DNA of 37,626 nucleotides from a virus (taxonomy: Duplodnaviria; Caudoviricetes), in the IMG/VR virus record IMGVR_UViG_3300011441_000117, positions 1 to 37,626 of that record; one strand, written 5' to 3'. Under the pieces are notes generated by a model. That model was given only the letters and a program-made list of their open reading frames with translations. It was not told the DNA's origin and ran no database searches. Position numbers and translations under genes: made by a program. Of this stretch, positions 1 to 7,439 are shown piece after piece; position 1 is the stretch's first letter, and each line of letters starts with the position of its first letter.

Positions 1-155
1 CGGCTCGGCGGTCGGCTCGGCGGTCGGCTCGGCGGTCGGCTCGGCGGTCGGCTGGGCGGTCGACTCGGCGGTCGGCTCGGCGGTCCGCTCGGCGGTCCAC
101 TCGGCGGTCGACTCGGCGGTCGGCTCGGCGGTCCGCTCGGCGGTCGGCTCGGCGG
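1..155 (+). repeat. 12-bp tandem repeat (consensus CGGCTCGGCGGT, ~13 visible units) encoding (G/D/R/H)SAV tetrapeptides
   Basis: Read directly. Variation falls almost only in the first codon of each unit (GGC/GAC/CGC/CAC), with one TCG>TGG change. Confidence 0.95.
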
Positions 156-790
156 GTTACAACGCCTCCTATTACTTATGGGGCGGTTCCCTGTGGGCAG
201 CTTACGCGGCGTGGGCGGATTACTTCAACGAGGTTCTCGGCATCGCGATCGATCGCCACTACCTCGACACCATTGAAAGCTGCGGCTACTACTGGACGCT
301 CGATAGCGTGTGCTTCGCCAGCGAACGCCCGTCAGCCATTCGACGCAACGCAGCCGGGCAACTGCACTGTGAAGACGATCTTGCGATCGCCTACCCGAGC
401 GGCTGGGGCCTGTATCGCCTGAACGGCGTCACGGTGCCCGAGTGGCTGGTGAAAACACCGGCCGCCAAGCTCGACGCCGGGAGGCTCCTGAAGGAAGACA
501 ACGCCGAAGTGCGCCGCGAGCTGGTGCGCAAGGTCGGCATCGAGCGGGTGTGCGCGGAGCTCGGCGCCAAGCCCATCGATCGCCAGGGCGACTACGAGCT
601 GCTGATGCTCAACCTGCGCGACGGCCGGCATCGGCCGTATTTGAAAATGCGAAATCCGAGTCTGGGGGTTTTCCACGTTGAAGGCGTGCACCCCGACTGC
701 AAGACCGTCCAGGACGCGATCAACTGGCGCGCGGCGCAAGTGCTGCGCGGCGTTCGCTCGACAAACTGGAACCCCAGCCAACTCACGTAA
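2..790 (+). CDS. DUF6745-like phage protein, 5'-truncated by the window edge
   Basis: The frame is open from position 2 and continues into the 308..790 ORF: (xSAV)n repeats, then ...SCGYYWTLDSVCFASERP...GQLHCEDDLAIAYPSGWGLYRLNGVTVP...NAEVRR...YLKMRNPS...EGVHPDCKTVQDAINW, the recognisable DUF6745-type pattern. Confidence 0.8.
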   Translation, partial: GSAVGSAVGSAVGSAVGWAVDSAVGSAVRSAVHSAVDSAVGSAVRSAVGSAGYNASYYLWGGSLWAAYAAWADYFNEVLGIAIDRHYLDTIESCGYYWTLDSVCFASERPSAIRRNAAGQLHCEDDLAIAYPSGWGLYRLNGVTVPEWLVKTPAAKLDAGRLLKEDNAEVRRELVRKVGIERVCAELGAKPIDRQGDYELLMLNLRDGRHRPYLKMRNPSLGVFHVEGVHPDCKTVQDAINWRAAQVLRGVRSTNWNPSQLT

Positions 791-811
791 ACCAACAGAT
801 CAGGAGACTCC

Positions 812-1144
812 ATGGACAAGCGCGCGAACCAGCTGCAACAAGGCGATGTGCTCATCACCAAGATTAACGCGATGCCGATCGGCGGCAAGCCCGTGAAGCC
901 GGCGGCGCGCGGCTTCGTGATCGCCGAGGGTGAGGCCACCGGCCACGCGCACACCCTCGAGCCCGGCGCCGTCGTGGCTATAACGGTCGACGAAGAAGGC
1001 GTCATCTACGCGCAGATCGCGCGCCAGGTGAACCTGCTCCACGAAGAGCACAACCCCGTCTCGCTCGATCCGGGCGTGTATCGCTTCGGCCGCGTCCAGG
1101 AATACGACCACTTCAGCGAAGAAGCGCGATCGGTCGCCGACTAG
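812..1144 (+). CDS. Conserved phage hypothetical protein, usual partner of DUF6745 genes (His-rich, possibly metal-binding)
   Basis: SD AGGAG upstream. Motifs QQGDVLI, AEGEATGHAH, HEEH...L.PGVY...QEYD. Confidence 0.8.
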   Translation: MDKRANQLQQGDVLITKINAMPIGGKPVKPAARGFVIAEGEATGHAHTLEPGAVVAITVDEEGVIYAQIARQVNLLHEEHNPVSLDPGVYRFGRVQEYDHFSEEARSVAD

Positions 1145-1505
1145 CAACATCTCCGGGGCTTGCCGCCGTTGCACCATCACGGCCATCGACGCGCTGAGCT
1201 GAAGCGGTGGATAACACCCGGCGCGGCGGCAGGCTCGGCCCCCGGATCTTAAGAGTTGATCGCGGCGCCGGACCGCCGGCAGTTTCGAGCGCATCGGATC
1301 GGAGCATCGCTAGTCACATGGCGATGGAAATCACCGATCAGGATCAGGCTGGTGAAGGTGAACTTCACCGCCGCGATCGCAAGTCCTCGACGGGCTGGCG
1401 CGTGTGGCCGCTGAAAGGCGATCCACGCGCCTGGGTAGCGCGAACGGCGTCCACGGTGCAAGGCCGAAGACGTAAGGAGATCGACCCTCGTGCCGACCCG
1501 TCGAG
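1145..1505 (+). ncRNA. Candidate large structured RNA (three nested multi-stem domains), family unknown
   Basis: Complementary arms read by eye: 1152-1158/1240-1246, 1158-1168/1224-1234 (one G-U), 1258-1267/1369-1378, 1297-1302/1334-1339, 1305-1312/1319-1326 (G-U), 1351-1357/1363-1369, 1386-1394/1497-1505, 1397-1404/1424-1431, with GAAA and GCAA loops. Confidence 0.5.
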
Positions 1506-1546
1506 TGTTGAGAGTTCAGAGTTGACAGTTTCGAGCGAGAGGTTTC

Positions 1547-2605
1547 ATGGCGCGCATTCGCACGATCAAGCCGGCGTTCTTCACGAGCGAGGACACGTGT
1601 CGCCTGTCACCATTGACGCGGCTGTTGTTCGTCGGGCTCTGGACCGAAGCCGACCGCGAGGGCCGGCTCCATGATCGGCCTGGTCAACTCAAGCATCGCT
1701 TACTACCAGGTGACGACTGCGAGATCGACGAACTCCTACAGGAGTTGCACTCGGCTGGTCGCATCCGGCGCTATCGCATTGGCGGAACACCGGTGATCGA
1801 AATCACTAAGTTTGCCGCGCACCAGAAGCCACACCCAAAGGAAGCGCCGTCAATTATTCCGGCGTTTGGGTCCGACGCCATCGAGATCAAGGCACGGCCG
1901 CAGCACGTCTATTTCATCCACAGCGCGTCTCAGCACCGAATTAAGATCGGCGTCTCGTCGGTGCCGCGGCACCGTATGTCGACCCTCCAAACGTCATTTT
2001 CGGACCCCCTAACACTACTCGGCGCCTGCGAGGGCGGAATCGAGCTCGAGTCCAGGCTTCATGACGAGTTGGCGTCATTCCGCAGGCAAGGCGAATGGTT
2101 CGACGACTGCCCCGAAGTGCGCGCTGTCGTCCAAAGACAAACCCAAACATGGCAGAGCCCGGAAAAGGGTATCGACCTTCCCGTCGAGAACCCGTCGAGT
2201 CCCGCTAGGAATGGATCTGGAGATCTTGGATCTGGAGTACAGGAAGGGAAGGGAAGGGAACCGACGCCCTCTCCTGTTCAGAAGTTTCCCCTGAAACCGC
2301 TGATCGCGAAACGGAACCTCCACGCGGCGTACGAACATCCTCGATTCGACGTCCCGCAGCGGTGGCACGACGACCAGACCCGCGCCCTGGCCGGCGGCGA
2401 GGCGCGCTTAATGAAGTTCTATCGTTGGCTGGGCGATCGCGTCGAGCGGACGGGCGAGGACACCGCGCCGCGCTTCAAATGGCTCGACGACAGCCTGGCT
2501 GTGTGGCTGGCCGAGTCGGCAGCGCCGCAGTTCATGGACGTGGACGATCCGAACCATCCGCACAACCGGCGACTCGCCGAGATGGCCGCGCGAGGCGTGC
2601 GGTGA
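1547..2605 (+). CDS. Phage replication initiator/replisome organiser with internal T5orf172 (GIY-YIG-like) domain
   Basis: The N-terminus MARIRTIKPAFF...RLLFVGLWTEADREGR...HQKPHPKE is typical of phage replication proteins. The internal VYFI...IKIGVS..PRHR..TLQT...ELESRLH...GEWF is T5orf172/MUG113-like. It lies directly upstream of and overlaps dnaB. Confidence 0.8.
   Translation: MARIRTIKPAFFTSEDTCRLSPLTRLLFVGLWTEADREGRLHDRPGQLKHRLLPGDDCEIDELLQELHSAGRIRRYRIGGTPVIEITKFAAHQKPHPKEAPSIIPAFGSDAIEIKARPQHVYFIHSASQHRIKIGVSSVPRHRMSTLQTSFSDPLTLLGACEGGIELESRLHDELASFRRQGEWFDDCPEVRAVVQRQTQTWQSPEKGIDLPVENPSSPARNGSGDLGSGVQEGKGREPTPSPVQKFPLKPLIAKRNLHAAYEHPRFDVPQRWHDDQTRALAGGEARLMKFYRWLGDRVERTGEDTAPRFKWLDDSLAVWLAESAAPQFMDVDDPNHPHNRRLAEMAARGVR
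2180..2260 (+). repeat. Short direct-repeat cluster inside the initiator gene (candidate replication origin)
   Basis: CCCGTCGAG at 2180 and 2191, GGATCTGGAG at 2213 and 2228, (GGAAG)n run at 2242-2260. Lambdoid origins lie within the initiator gene. Confidence 0.4.
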
Positions 2606-3948
2606 CGGAGCGCACCCTGCCGCATTCGCTCGACGCCGAGCGGTCCGTGCTCGGCGCGATCCTGATCGAAAACGCCGCGCTCAACGAGGCGGCCGTGGTG
2701 CTCACCGACCGGGCGTTCTACCGCGACGCGCACGGGATCATTTTCAAGCGCATGCTCGGGCTGTCCGAGCGCCACGAACCGATCGACCTGGTGGCGGTCA
2801 AGGAAGAACTCGACCGGCATGGCGAACTCGAGCAGGTCGGCGGCGCGGCCTACGTCGCCGCGCTCGTGGACGGGGTGCCGCGCTCGACCAACGTCGAGTA
2901 TTACGCCCGCGTCGTGCGCGAAAAGCACACGCTTCGGCAGCTGATTTTCGCGGGCAACCGGATCCTCGCCGACGCCTACGCCGGCACGGACGACGCCGAC
3001 CAGGTGCTCGATCGCGCCGAGCAGACGGTCATGGACGTCGGCAAAGCGTCCGTCACGGGCGACTTCGTCCTGGCCGATGACTGGATGAAAGACACGCACG
3101 TGCAGATCGCCAAGGCCGCGGAAACGAAGCGCGCCGTCACCGGCGTGCCGAGCGGCATCGAGAAGCTCGACATCTGGACGCGCGGCTGGCAACCCTCCGA
3201 CTTGATTTACCTGGGCGCCCGGCCGTCGGCCGGCAAGACCGCGATGGCGTTGCAGTTGGCGCTCACGGCCTCCCTCCATGTGATGACCGGGTTCGTCTCG
3301 ATGGAAATGTCCCGGCGCGTGCTGGGCATGCGCGCCGTGGCGCTGGAAGCGGGGGTCGATGCCTTTCGATTGATGACCGGGAGCCTGAGTGACTTCGAAC
3401 TCCAGCGCGCCGGCAAGGCCCTGGGGGACATCAGCGGCCGGCGCTTCGCGATCGATGACGCTTCCGGGGCCACGGCGACACAACTCCGGGCGAAGGTCCG
3501 CCGGCTCGCCTCGCGCCATGGGCTCGGGATCGTGTTCGTGGACTACATGCAGCTGCTGCATGAATCCGGCGACCAGGAAAACCGCAACCAGGAACTGTCG
3601 AAAATTTCAGCCGGGCTCAAGGCCCTCGCCCGCGAGCTCGACATGCCGGTGTTCGTGCTGTCGCAGTTGTCGCGCCAGTCGGCGAAGGAGAACGCGGTGC
3701 CGCAGGCCCACAGCTTGCGCGATTCCGGCTCGCTCGAGCAGGACGCGGATGTCGTGCTGCTGCTGCATCGGCCGCAACAGAACGCGACGTCTGGCAAGTT
3801 CGAGGACGGCGAGGAAGCGCAGCTCATCATCGCCAAGCAGCGCAACGGGCCGACCGGGATGATCCGGTTGCAGTGGATCGGCGCGCAGATGCGCTTCGGG
3901 CAAGTGGCCGACGACACGCCGGCGCCGAAGCAGGAGGCCCTGTTGTGA
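2602..3948 (+). CDS. dnaB: Replicative DNA helicase DnaB
   Basis: GTG start overlaps the upstream TGA. LPHSLDAERSVLGAIL, Walker A GARPSAGKT, SMEM, VFVDYMQL, LSQLSR, LRDSGSLEQDADVV, IIAKQRNGPTG. Confidence 0.97.
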   Translation: MTERTLPHSLDAERSVLGAILIENAALNEAAVVLTDRAFYRDAHGIIFKRMLGLSERHEPIDLVAVKEELDRHGELEQVGGAAYVAALVDGVPRSTNVEYYARVVREKHTLRQLIFAGNRILADAYAGTDDADQVLDRAEQTVMDVGKASVTGDFVLADDWMKDTHVQIAKAAETKRAVTGVPSGIEKLDIWTRGWQPSDLIYLGARPSAGKTAMALQLALTASLHVMTGFVSMEMSRRVLGMRAVALEAGVDAFRLMTGSLSDFELQRAGKALGDISGRRFAIDDASGATATQLRAKVRRLASRHGLGIVFVDYMQLLHESGDQENRNQELSKISAGLKALARELDMPVFVLSQLSRQSAKENAVPQAHSLRDSGSLEQDADVVLLLHRPQQNATSGKFEDGEEAQLIIAKQRNGPTGMIRLQWIGAQMRFGQVADDTPAPKQEALL

Positions 3949-4136
3949 CGTCGCAGCACATTCTCTTGATTGTCGATCGCCTCGAATTTTCCGCGGATCG
4001 GATGAAGGACTTGCTGCGGCCAGCCGAGAGCCTGTCGGACCAACGAGAGTATTTCGCGATGTGGTGGGCTCGGCGTGCAGGGCACTACGCTAACCAGTTA
4101 CTCGACCTCGCCGAGAAAGGCGAGTGCGCGAAATGA
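3945..4136 (+). CDS. Hypothetical protein (63 aa)
   Basis: GTGA overlap with the dnaB stop, ATGA overlap with the next gene, AGGAGG upstream. Confidence 0.65.
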   Translation: MTSQHILLIVDRLEFSADRMKDLLRPAESLSDQREYFAMWWARRAGHYANQLLDLAEKGECAK

Positions 4137-4612
4137 ACGGCCGCCCCGAACAGCAGGTGAGACTCTTCGACGCCAAGCCGTACGTTGGCCCGAAGACGAC
4201 GCCCGCCTATCAAAAGGAATGGCGGCTGAAGAACCCGGAGCGCGTGAAGCAGTACGAGGACGCGCGCCGCGGCAAGCGCCGCAAATACAAGAACGAGTGG
4301 GCCAAGCGCAACCCCGCGCGGATAGCGGCGAGCGAGATGCGCCGCGTGCTGAAACGGTATGGTCTAACCGTCGACGGATACAACCAACTCGTTACCGGAC
4401 AAAAAGGCCTCTGCGCCGTTTGTCAACGCCCACCAGACGTTCGCAGAAGCCCTAAAGGCAAGCCCTACTGGCGACTCGTCGTTGACCATTGCCACGCCAC
4501 GGGAAAGGTCCGCGCACTCCTCTGTTCAAGTTGCAACGGCCTACTCGGTCTGGCGCGCGACAGCATCAACGTTTTAGAGCAGGCCATTGAATACATCCGG
4601 AGGCACCAATGA
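4133..4612 (+). CDS. Endonuclease VII-like (His-Me finger) nuclease
   Basis: RYGLT..Y..L...Q.GLCAVC...LVVDHCHATGKVRALLCSSCNGLLG..RDS signature. Confidence 0.92.
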   Translation: MNGRPEQQVRLFDAKPYVGPKTTPAYQKEWRLKNPERVKQYEDARRGKRRKYKNEWAKRNPARIAASEMRRVLKRYGLTVDGYNQLVTGQKGLCAVCQRPPDVRRSPKGKPYWRLVVDHCHATGKVRALLCSSCNGLLGLARDSINVLEQAIEYIRRHQ

Positions 4613-5115
4613 GCCGGCCGGAGATCAAATTTACAGTATGGGGAACGGCGCGGCCGAAAGGCTCGGCCCGTGCGTTCGTGCCGAAAGGCTGGACGCGCCC
4701 GATCATCACCAGCGACAACCAGGGCCTCAAGGCGTGGGAAGACACGATCCGCGCCACCCTGCAGGACGTGATGAACACCACGCCGGCGGGCATTCGCGGC
4801 GAGATCTTCGACGCGCCGGTCGCGCTGATGCTGATCTTTCATCTCCCGCGGCCGAAGGCGGCGAAGCACCTCCGGTATTCCACGAAGAAGCCCGATCTCG
4901 ACAAGCTCGTGCGCGGGGCGATTGACGCCATGAACGGGATCCTCTTCCACGATGACGCGCAAGTCGTCGCCATCAGCGCGCGCAAGCTCTACGCCGACGG
5001 CGGCGCCAGGCTGGACGTGACGGCCGAAGCGTGGGTGGAGCCGACGTATCGAAAACCCCCGAAGGAAATCGGCGGCCTATTCAAGGAGCAGGCGGATGCC
5101 TCAGAGACTGTTTAG
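4609..5115 (+). CDS. rusA: RusA-family Holliday junction resolvase
   Basis: G.ARPKGS N-terminus and KPDLDKLVRGAIDAMNGILFHDDAQVV..ARKLY catalytic motifs. Confidence 0.93.
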   Translation: MSRPEIKFTVWGTARPKGSARAFVPKGWTRPIITSDNQGLKAWEDTIRATLQDVMNTTPAGIRGEIFDAPVALMLIFHLPRPKAAKHLRYSTKKPDLDKLVRGAIDAMNGILFHDDAQVVAISARKLYADGGARLDVTAEAWVEPTYRKPPKEIGGLFKEQADASETV

Positions 5116-5788
5116 CACGGGCAAGATCGGAATCTTCTGCGACACGTATACGCCGGGCGTCGAGAAGCGCAAGGGCGAGGTCGTGAAAATCATGACGGGC
5201 ACGTTTCGCGTGCAGCCGTTCGACGCCAAGCTGGCGACGTCGATCGATGACGGGCTGAACGACAACAGCGGCGTGCGCGCGGCGCTGTTCAAGTTGAACC
5301 ACCCGGACCCGAAGCCGCATCTCGATCGCGTGAACTTCACCCTGGCCTGCCCGCGGCAGAACCTGATCATCTTCGCGTCACCCGATACCGACACCTCCCG
5401 CGTCGGGTTCCTGCAGGTGAAGATCACCGGCATCTACGCCAGGACCCAGAAGGACGTCGACGGCTATGCCCTGGTCTTCCAGGGCAGCTTCGGCCCGCTC
5501 GGGCGCACCGAGCTCGAGTATCTCCACGCCTGGCACCGGACCCAGCGCTTCGTCACGTTCGAAGAAGCGGAGCCGAGCCTTGAACTGGAAGACGTCGACG
5601 ACGAAGGCGCCGACGAGCACGCGCCGGCGCCGCGGCCCAAGCCGATGTGGGACGAGGCCGACGATCAGCTCGTGGAGACCACCGGCCTGACCGACAAGCA
5701 GGCGGCGGCCAAGGCCAAGGACGTGCGTGAGAAAGCGCATCGCTATCCGAAGAAGGCGAAGAAGGCCAAGAAAGGCCGCGGCCGGTGA
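5096..5788 (+). CDS. Hypothetical protein (acidic then Lys-rich C-terminus)
   Basis: 230-aa ORF with AGGAG upstream, coupled to its neighbours, high-GC3 codon usage. Confidence 0.75.
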   Translation: MPQRLFSTGKIGIFCDTYTPGVEKRKGEVVKIMTGTFRVQPFDAKLATSIDDGLNDNSGVRAALFKLNHPDPKPHLDRVNFTLACPRQNLIIFASPDTDTSRVGFLQVKITGIYARTQKDVDGYALVFQGSFGPLGRTELEYLHAWHRTQRFVTFEEAEPSLELEDVDDEGADEHAPAPRPKPMWDEADDQLVETTGLTDKQAAAKAKDVREKAHRYPKKAKKAKKGRGR

Positions 5789-6012
5789 CCAAGCGCCGGA
5801 TCGCGTTGGAGCCGCGCAAGTACTGGACGGACGCCGAGAAGGCGGTCCTCCGGGCGCGGGCCGCGCCTGCCCTGTATGCGGCGCTGCACGCGTTGATTGC
5901 GGTCACGCAACAGCGTGATAACCCCTTCGATAAAGGCGTCAGTAGCGCTGCGCCAGAAGTAATCGCGGCCCTCGCTGCCCTCGCCTTGGCGGACGGGAAG
6001 ACGGAGAAATGA
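5785..6012 (+). CDS. Hypothetical protein
   Basis: GTGA/ATGA coupling at both ends. Contains an AAPALYAAL..L motif common in small phage proteins. Confidence 0.65.
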   Translation: MTKRRIALEPRKYWTDAEKAVLRARAAPALYAALHALIAVTQQRDNPFDKGVSSAAPEVIAALAALALADGKTEK

Positions 6013-6212
6013 GGACGACACAAAGCCCCGGCATTCTTCGTGAGCGTGCCGAAGCGTTATGGGAGGAACTCGGCGGCGATCTTTGTATCTGCCAGCGTTC
6101 CGACGTGCCGCATTGGTGTGAGAACTGTCAGCGGCGGATCGACACGATTCTCGCCGCGTTTCACCGGGCCGGCGCGGACGGTCGATCCGGTCAGGGGGAG
6201 ACACCACCATGA
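6009..6212 (+). CDS. Hypothetical Cys-rich small protein
   Basis: ATGA overlaps at both ends. CxC...HWCxxC pattern. Confidence 0.6.
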   Translation: MRTTQSPGILRERAEALWEELGGDLCICQRSDVPHWCENCQRRIDTILAAFHRAGADGRSGQGETPP

Positions 6213-6451
6213 ACTTCTGGAGTCCCTGCCTGTTTTCGCACAGTCGCGACTGGACGTACATCCGCGTCGGCGGGCAACTCACGAGGGCCTGCCAGCGTTG
6301 TTTGCAGCCCGTTGGGGCCATCTTAGTCAATTCCGAGTCCCAGGCCATCGTGCCGGCGAAGGTGCCGCCCATCGTCCCGCTGCGAGCCGTGAAGGCCAAG
6401 CGGAAGAAGTCGCCGTCGAAGAGTCTACGTTTCCCTCGGAGGTTGGCATGA
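6209..6451 (+). CDS. Hypothetical protein with C..H...CxRC Zn-binding-like motif
   Basis: GGGGAG SD, ATGA overlaps, PCLFSH...RACQRC. Confidence 0.65.
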   Translation: MNFWSPCLFSHSRDWTYIRVGGQLTRACQRCLQPVGAILVNSESQAIVPAKVPPIVPLRAVKAKRKKSPSKSLRFPRRLA

Positions 6452-6741
6452 CGAGTGATCCCCCCCTCCCGAACATGGCCGATGCCGCCGAAATGCTCTG
6501 GGTCGTGCTCGCCAACGTGAGCGGTGGCGACTGGACGCAGCAAACGCCAGAGTGGCAAGAGGCCGCGGCCCGCTGGAGAGATAACTACTTCGCCGCGCGC
6601 TCCTCGGATGCACCGAACACCGACGCCAATTGCGACATGGGAGCCGATCAAAGTCAGGTCGTCGACAAGGCCATCCTTGCGCGACGCGACATTCACAATC
6701 AGATCGTCTCGCGCATCGCCGAACTGAAAGGCCACGCGTGA
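6448..6741 (+). CDS. Hypothetical protein
   Basis: GGAGG SD, ATG overlapping the upstream TGA, stop overlapping the terminase small subunit start. Confidence 0.65.
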   Translation: MTSDPPLPNMADAAEMLWVVLANVSGGDWTQQTPEWQEAAARWRDNYFAARSSDAPNTDANCDMGADQSQVVDKAILARRDIHNQIVSRIAELKGHA

Positions 6742-7139
6742 AGACGTTGACCAAACTCACCCTCAAGGAGCGCCGTTTCGTTGACGCGTACTTGGGCAGC
6801 GCGGCCGGCAACGGCACCAAGGCGATCGTGGCCTCGGGTTACTCGACCACGAAAAACGCCAAGAGCGCCGGCGTGATGGCGACGAAATTGTTAGCGAAAG
6901 ATAGGATTCGCGCCGAAATTAAGCGGCGAGTGAACCGGGAGACGCAAGCCAGCATCCTCACGGCGGAACAGCGCGACGCCATTCTGTCGACGATCGCCAG
7001 CGGGAACAGGGAAGCCAGCAACGCGCGCATCCGAGCGATCGCGGAACTGAACAAGTGTGGCGGCCGGCACTCGATCAAGCACGTCGTGGATCTGAACTTC
7101 GACCCGATGAAGTATCTCGCGGAAAAGACACCCGAATAA
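6738..7139 (+). CDS. terS: Terminase small subunit
   Basis: LTLKERRFVDAYL...GNGTKAIVASGYS...A..LL...IRAEI helix-turn-helix pattern, upstream of terL. Confidence 0.9.
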   Translation: MKTLTKLTLKERRFVDAYLGSAAGNGTKAIVASGYSTTKNAKSAGVMATKLLAKDRIRAEIKRRVNRETQASILTAEQRDAILSTIASGNREASNARIRAIAELNKCGGRHSIKHVVDLNFDPMKYLAEKTPE

Positions 7140-7156
7140 GAGAAGAGGTAGAACGA

Positions 7157-7438
7157 ATGGCGGTCCCAGAGTTCACCCACGTCGACGTTACGCAGCTTTT
7201 GAAGATTCAAGAGGAGATCCGCCAACTGCTCCGCCAGTACGCGGATCGCACCCCGGCCATTGTGCCCGCCGTGGCGCTCATCCGTGTCGCCAAGGTGCTG
7301 CTCGATGTCTATCCGGAGCACGATCGGCAGGTGACGCTGACCGACATCATCATTCCGTTTCTCCGGGGGGAAGCGCAGCAACCGAGCAAGCGGAAGAAGT
7401 CCAACCTCATCTTACCGCCCGGGTTTTCGTTGAATTGA
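7157..7438 (+). CDS. Hypothetical protein between terS and terL
   Basis: GAGG SD before ATG 7157. Stops 1 nt before terL. Confidence 0.7.
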   Translation: MAVPEFTHVDVTQLLKIQEEIRQLLRQYADRTPAIVPAVALIRVAKVLLDVYPEHDRQVTLTDIIIPFLRGEAQQPSKRKKSNLILPPGFSLN

Positions 7439-7439
7439 C

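Noticed and set aside
1-155. Possible CRISPR array
   Set aside because: Contiguous 12-bp units with no spacers; an in-frame coding repeat.
1381-1505. c-di-GMP-I riboswitch (tempting given the GGDEF domain)
   Set aside because: It has a GAAA-capped stem but lacks the GGCAAAC...GACGCAAAGC core, so it is kept only as an unknown structured RNA.
1207-1674. 155-aa + strand ORF across the intergenic region
   Set aside because: Arg/Ser-rich with no motifs, overlaps the initiator by >120 nt, and has no good SD.
2362-2601. N-terminal extension of DnaB given in the ORF track
   Set aside because: It overlaps the initiator gene. DnaB homology begins at GTG 2602, which is coupled to the upstream stop.
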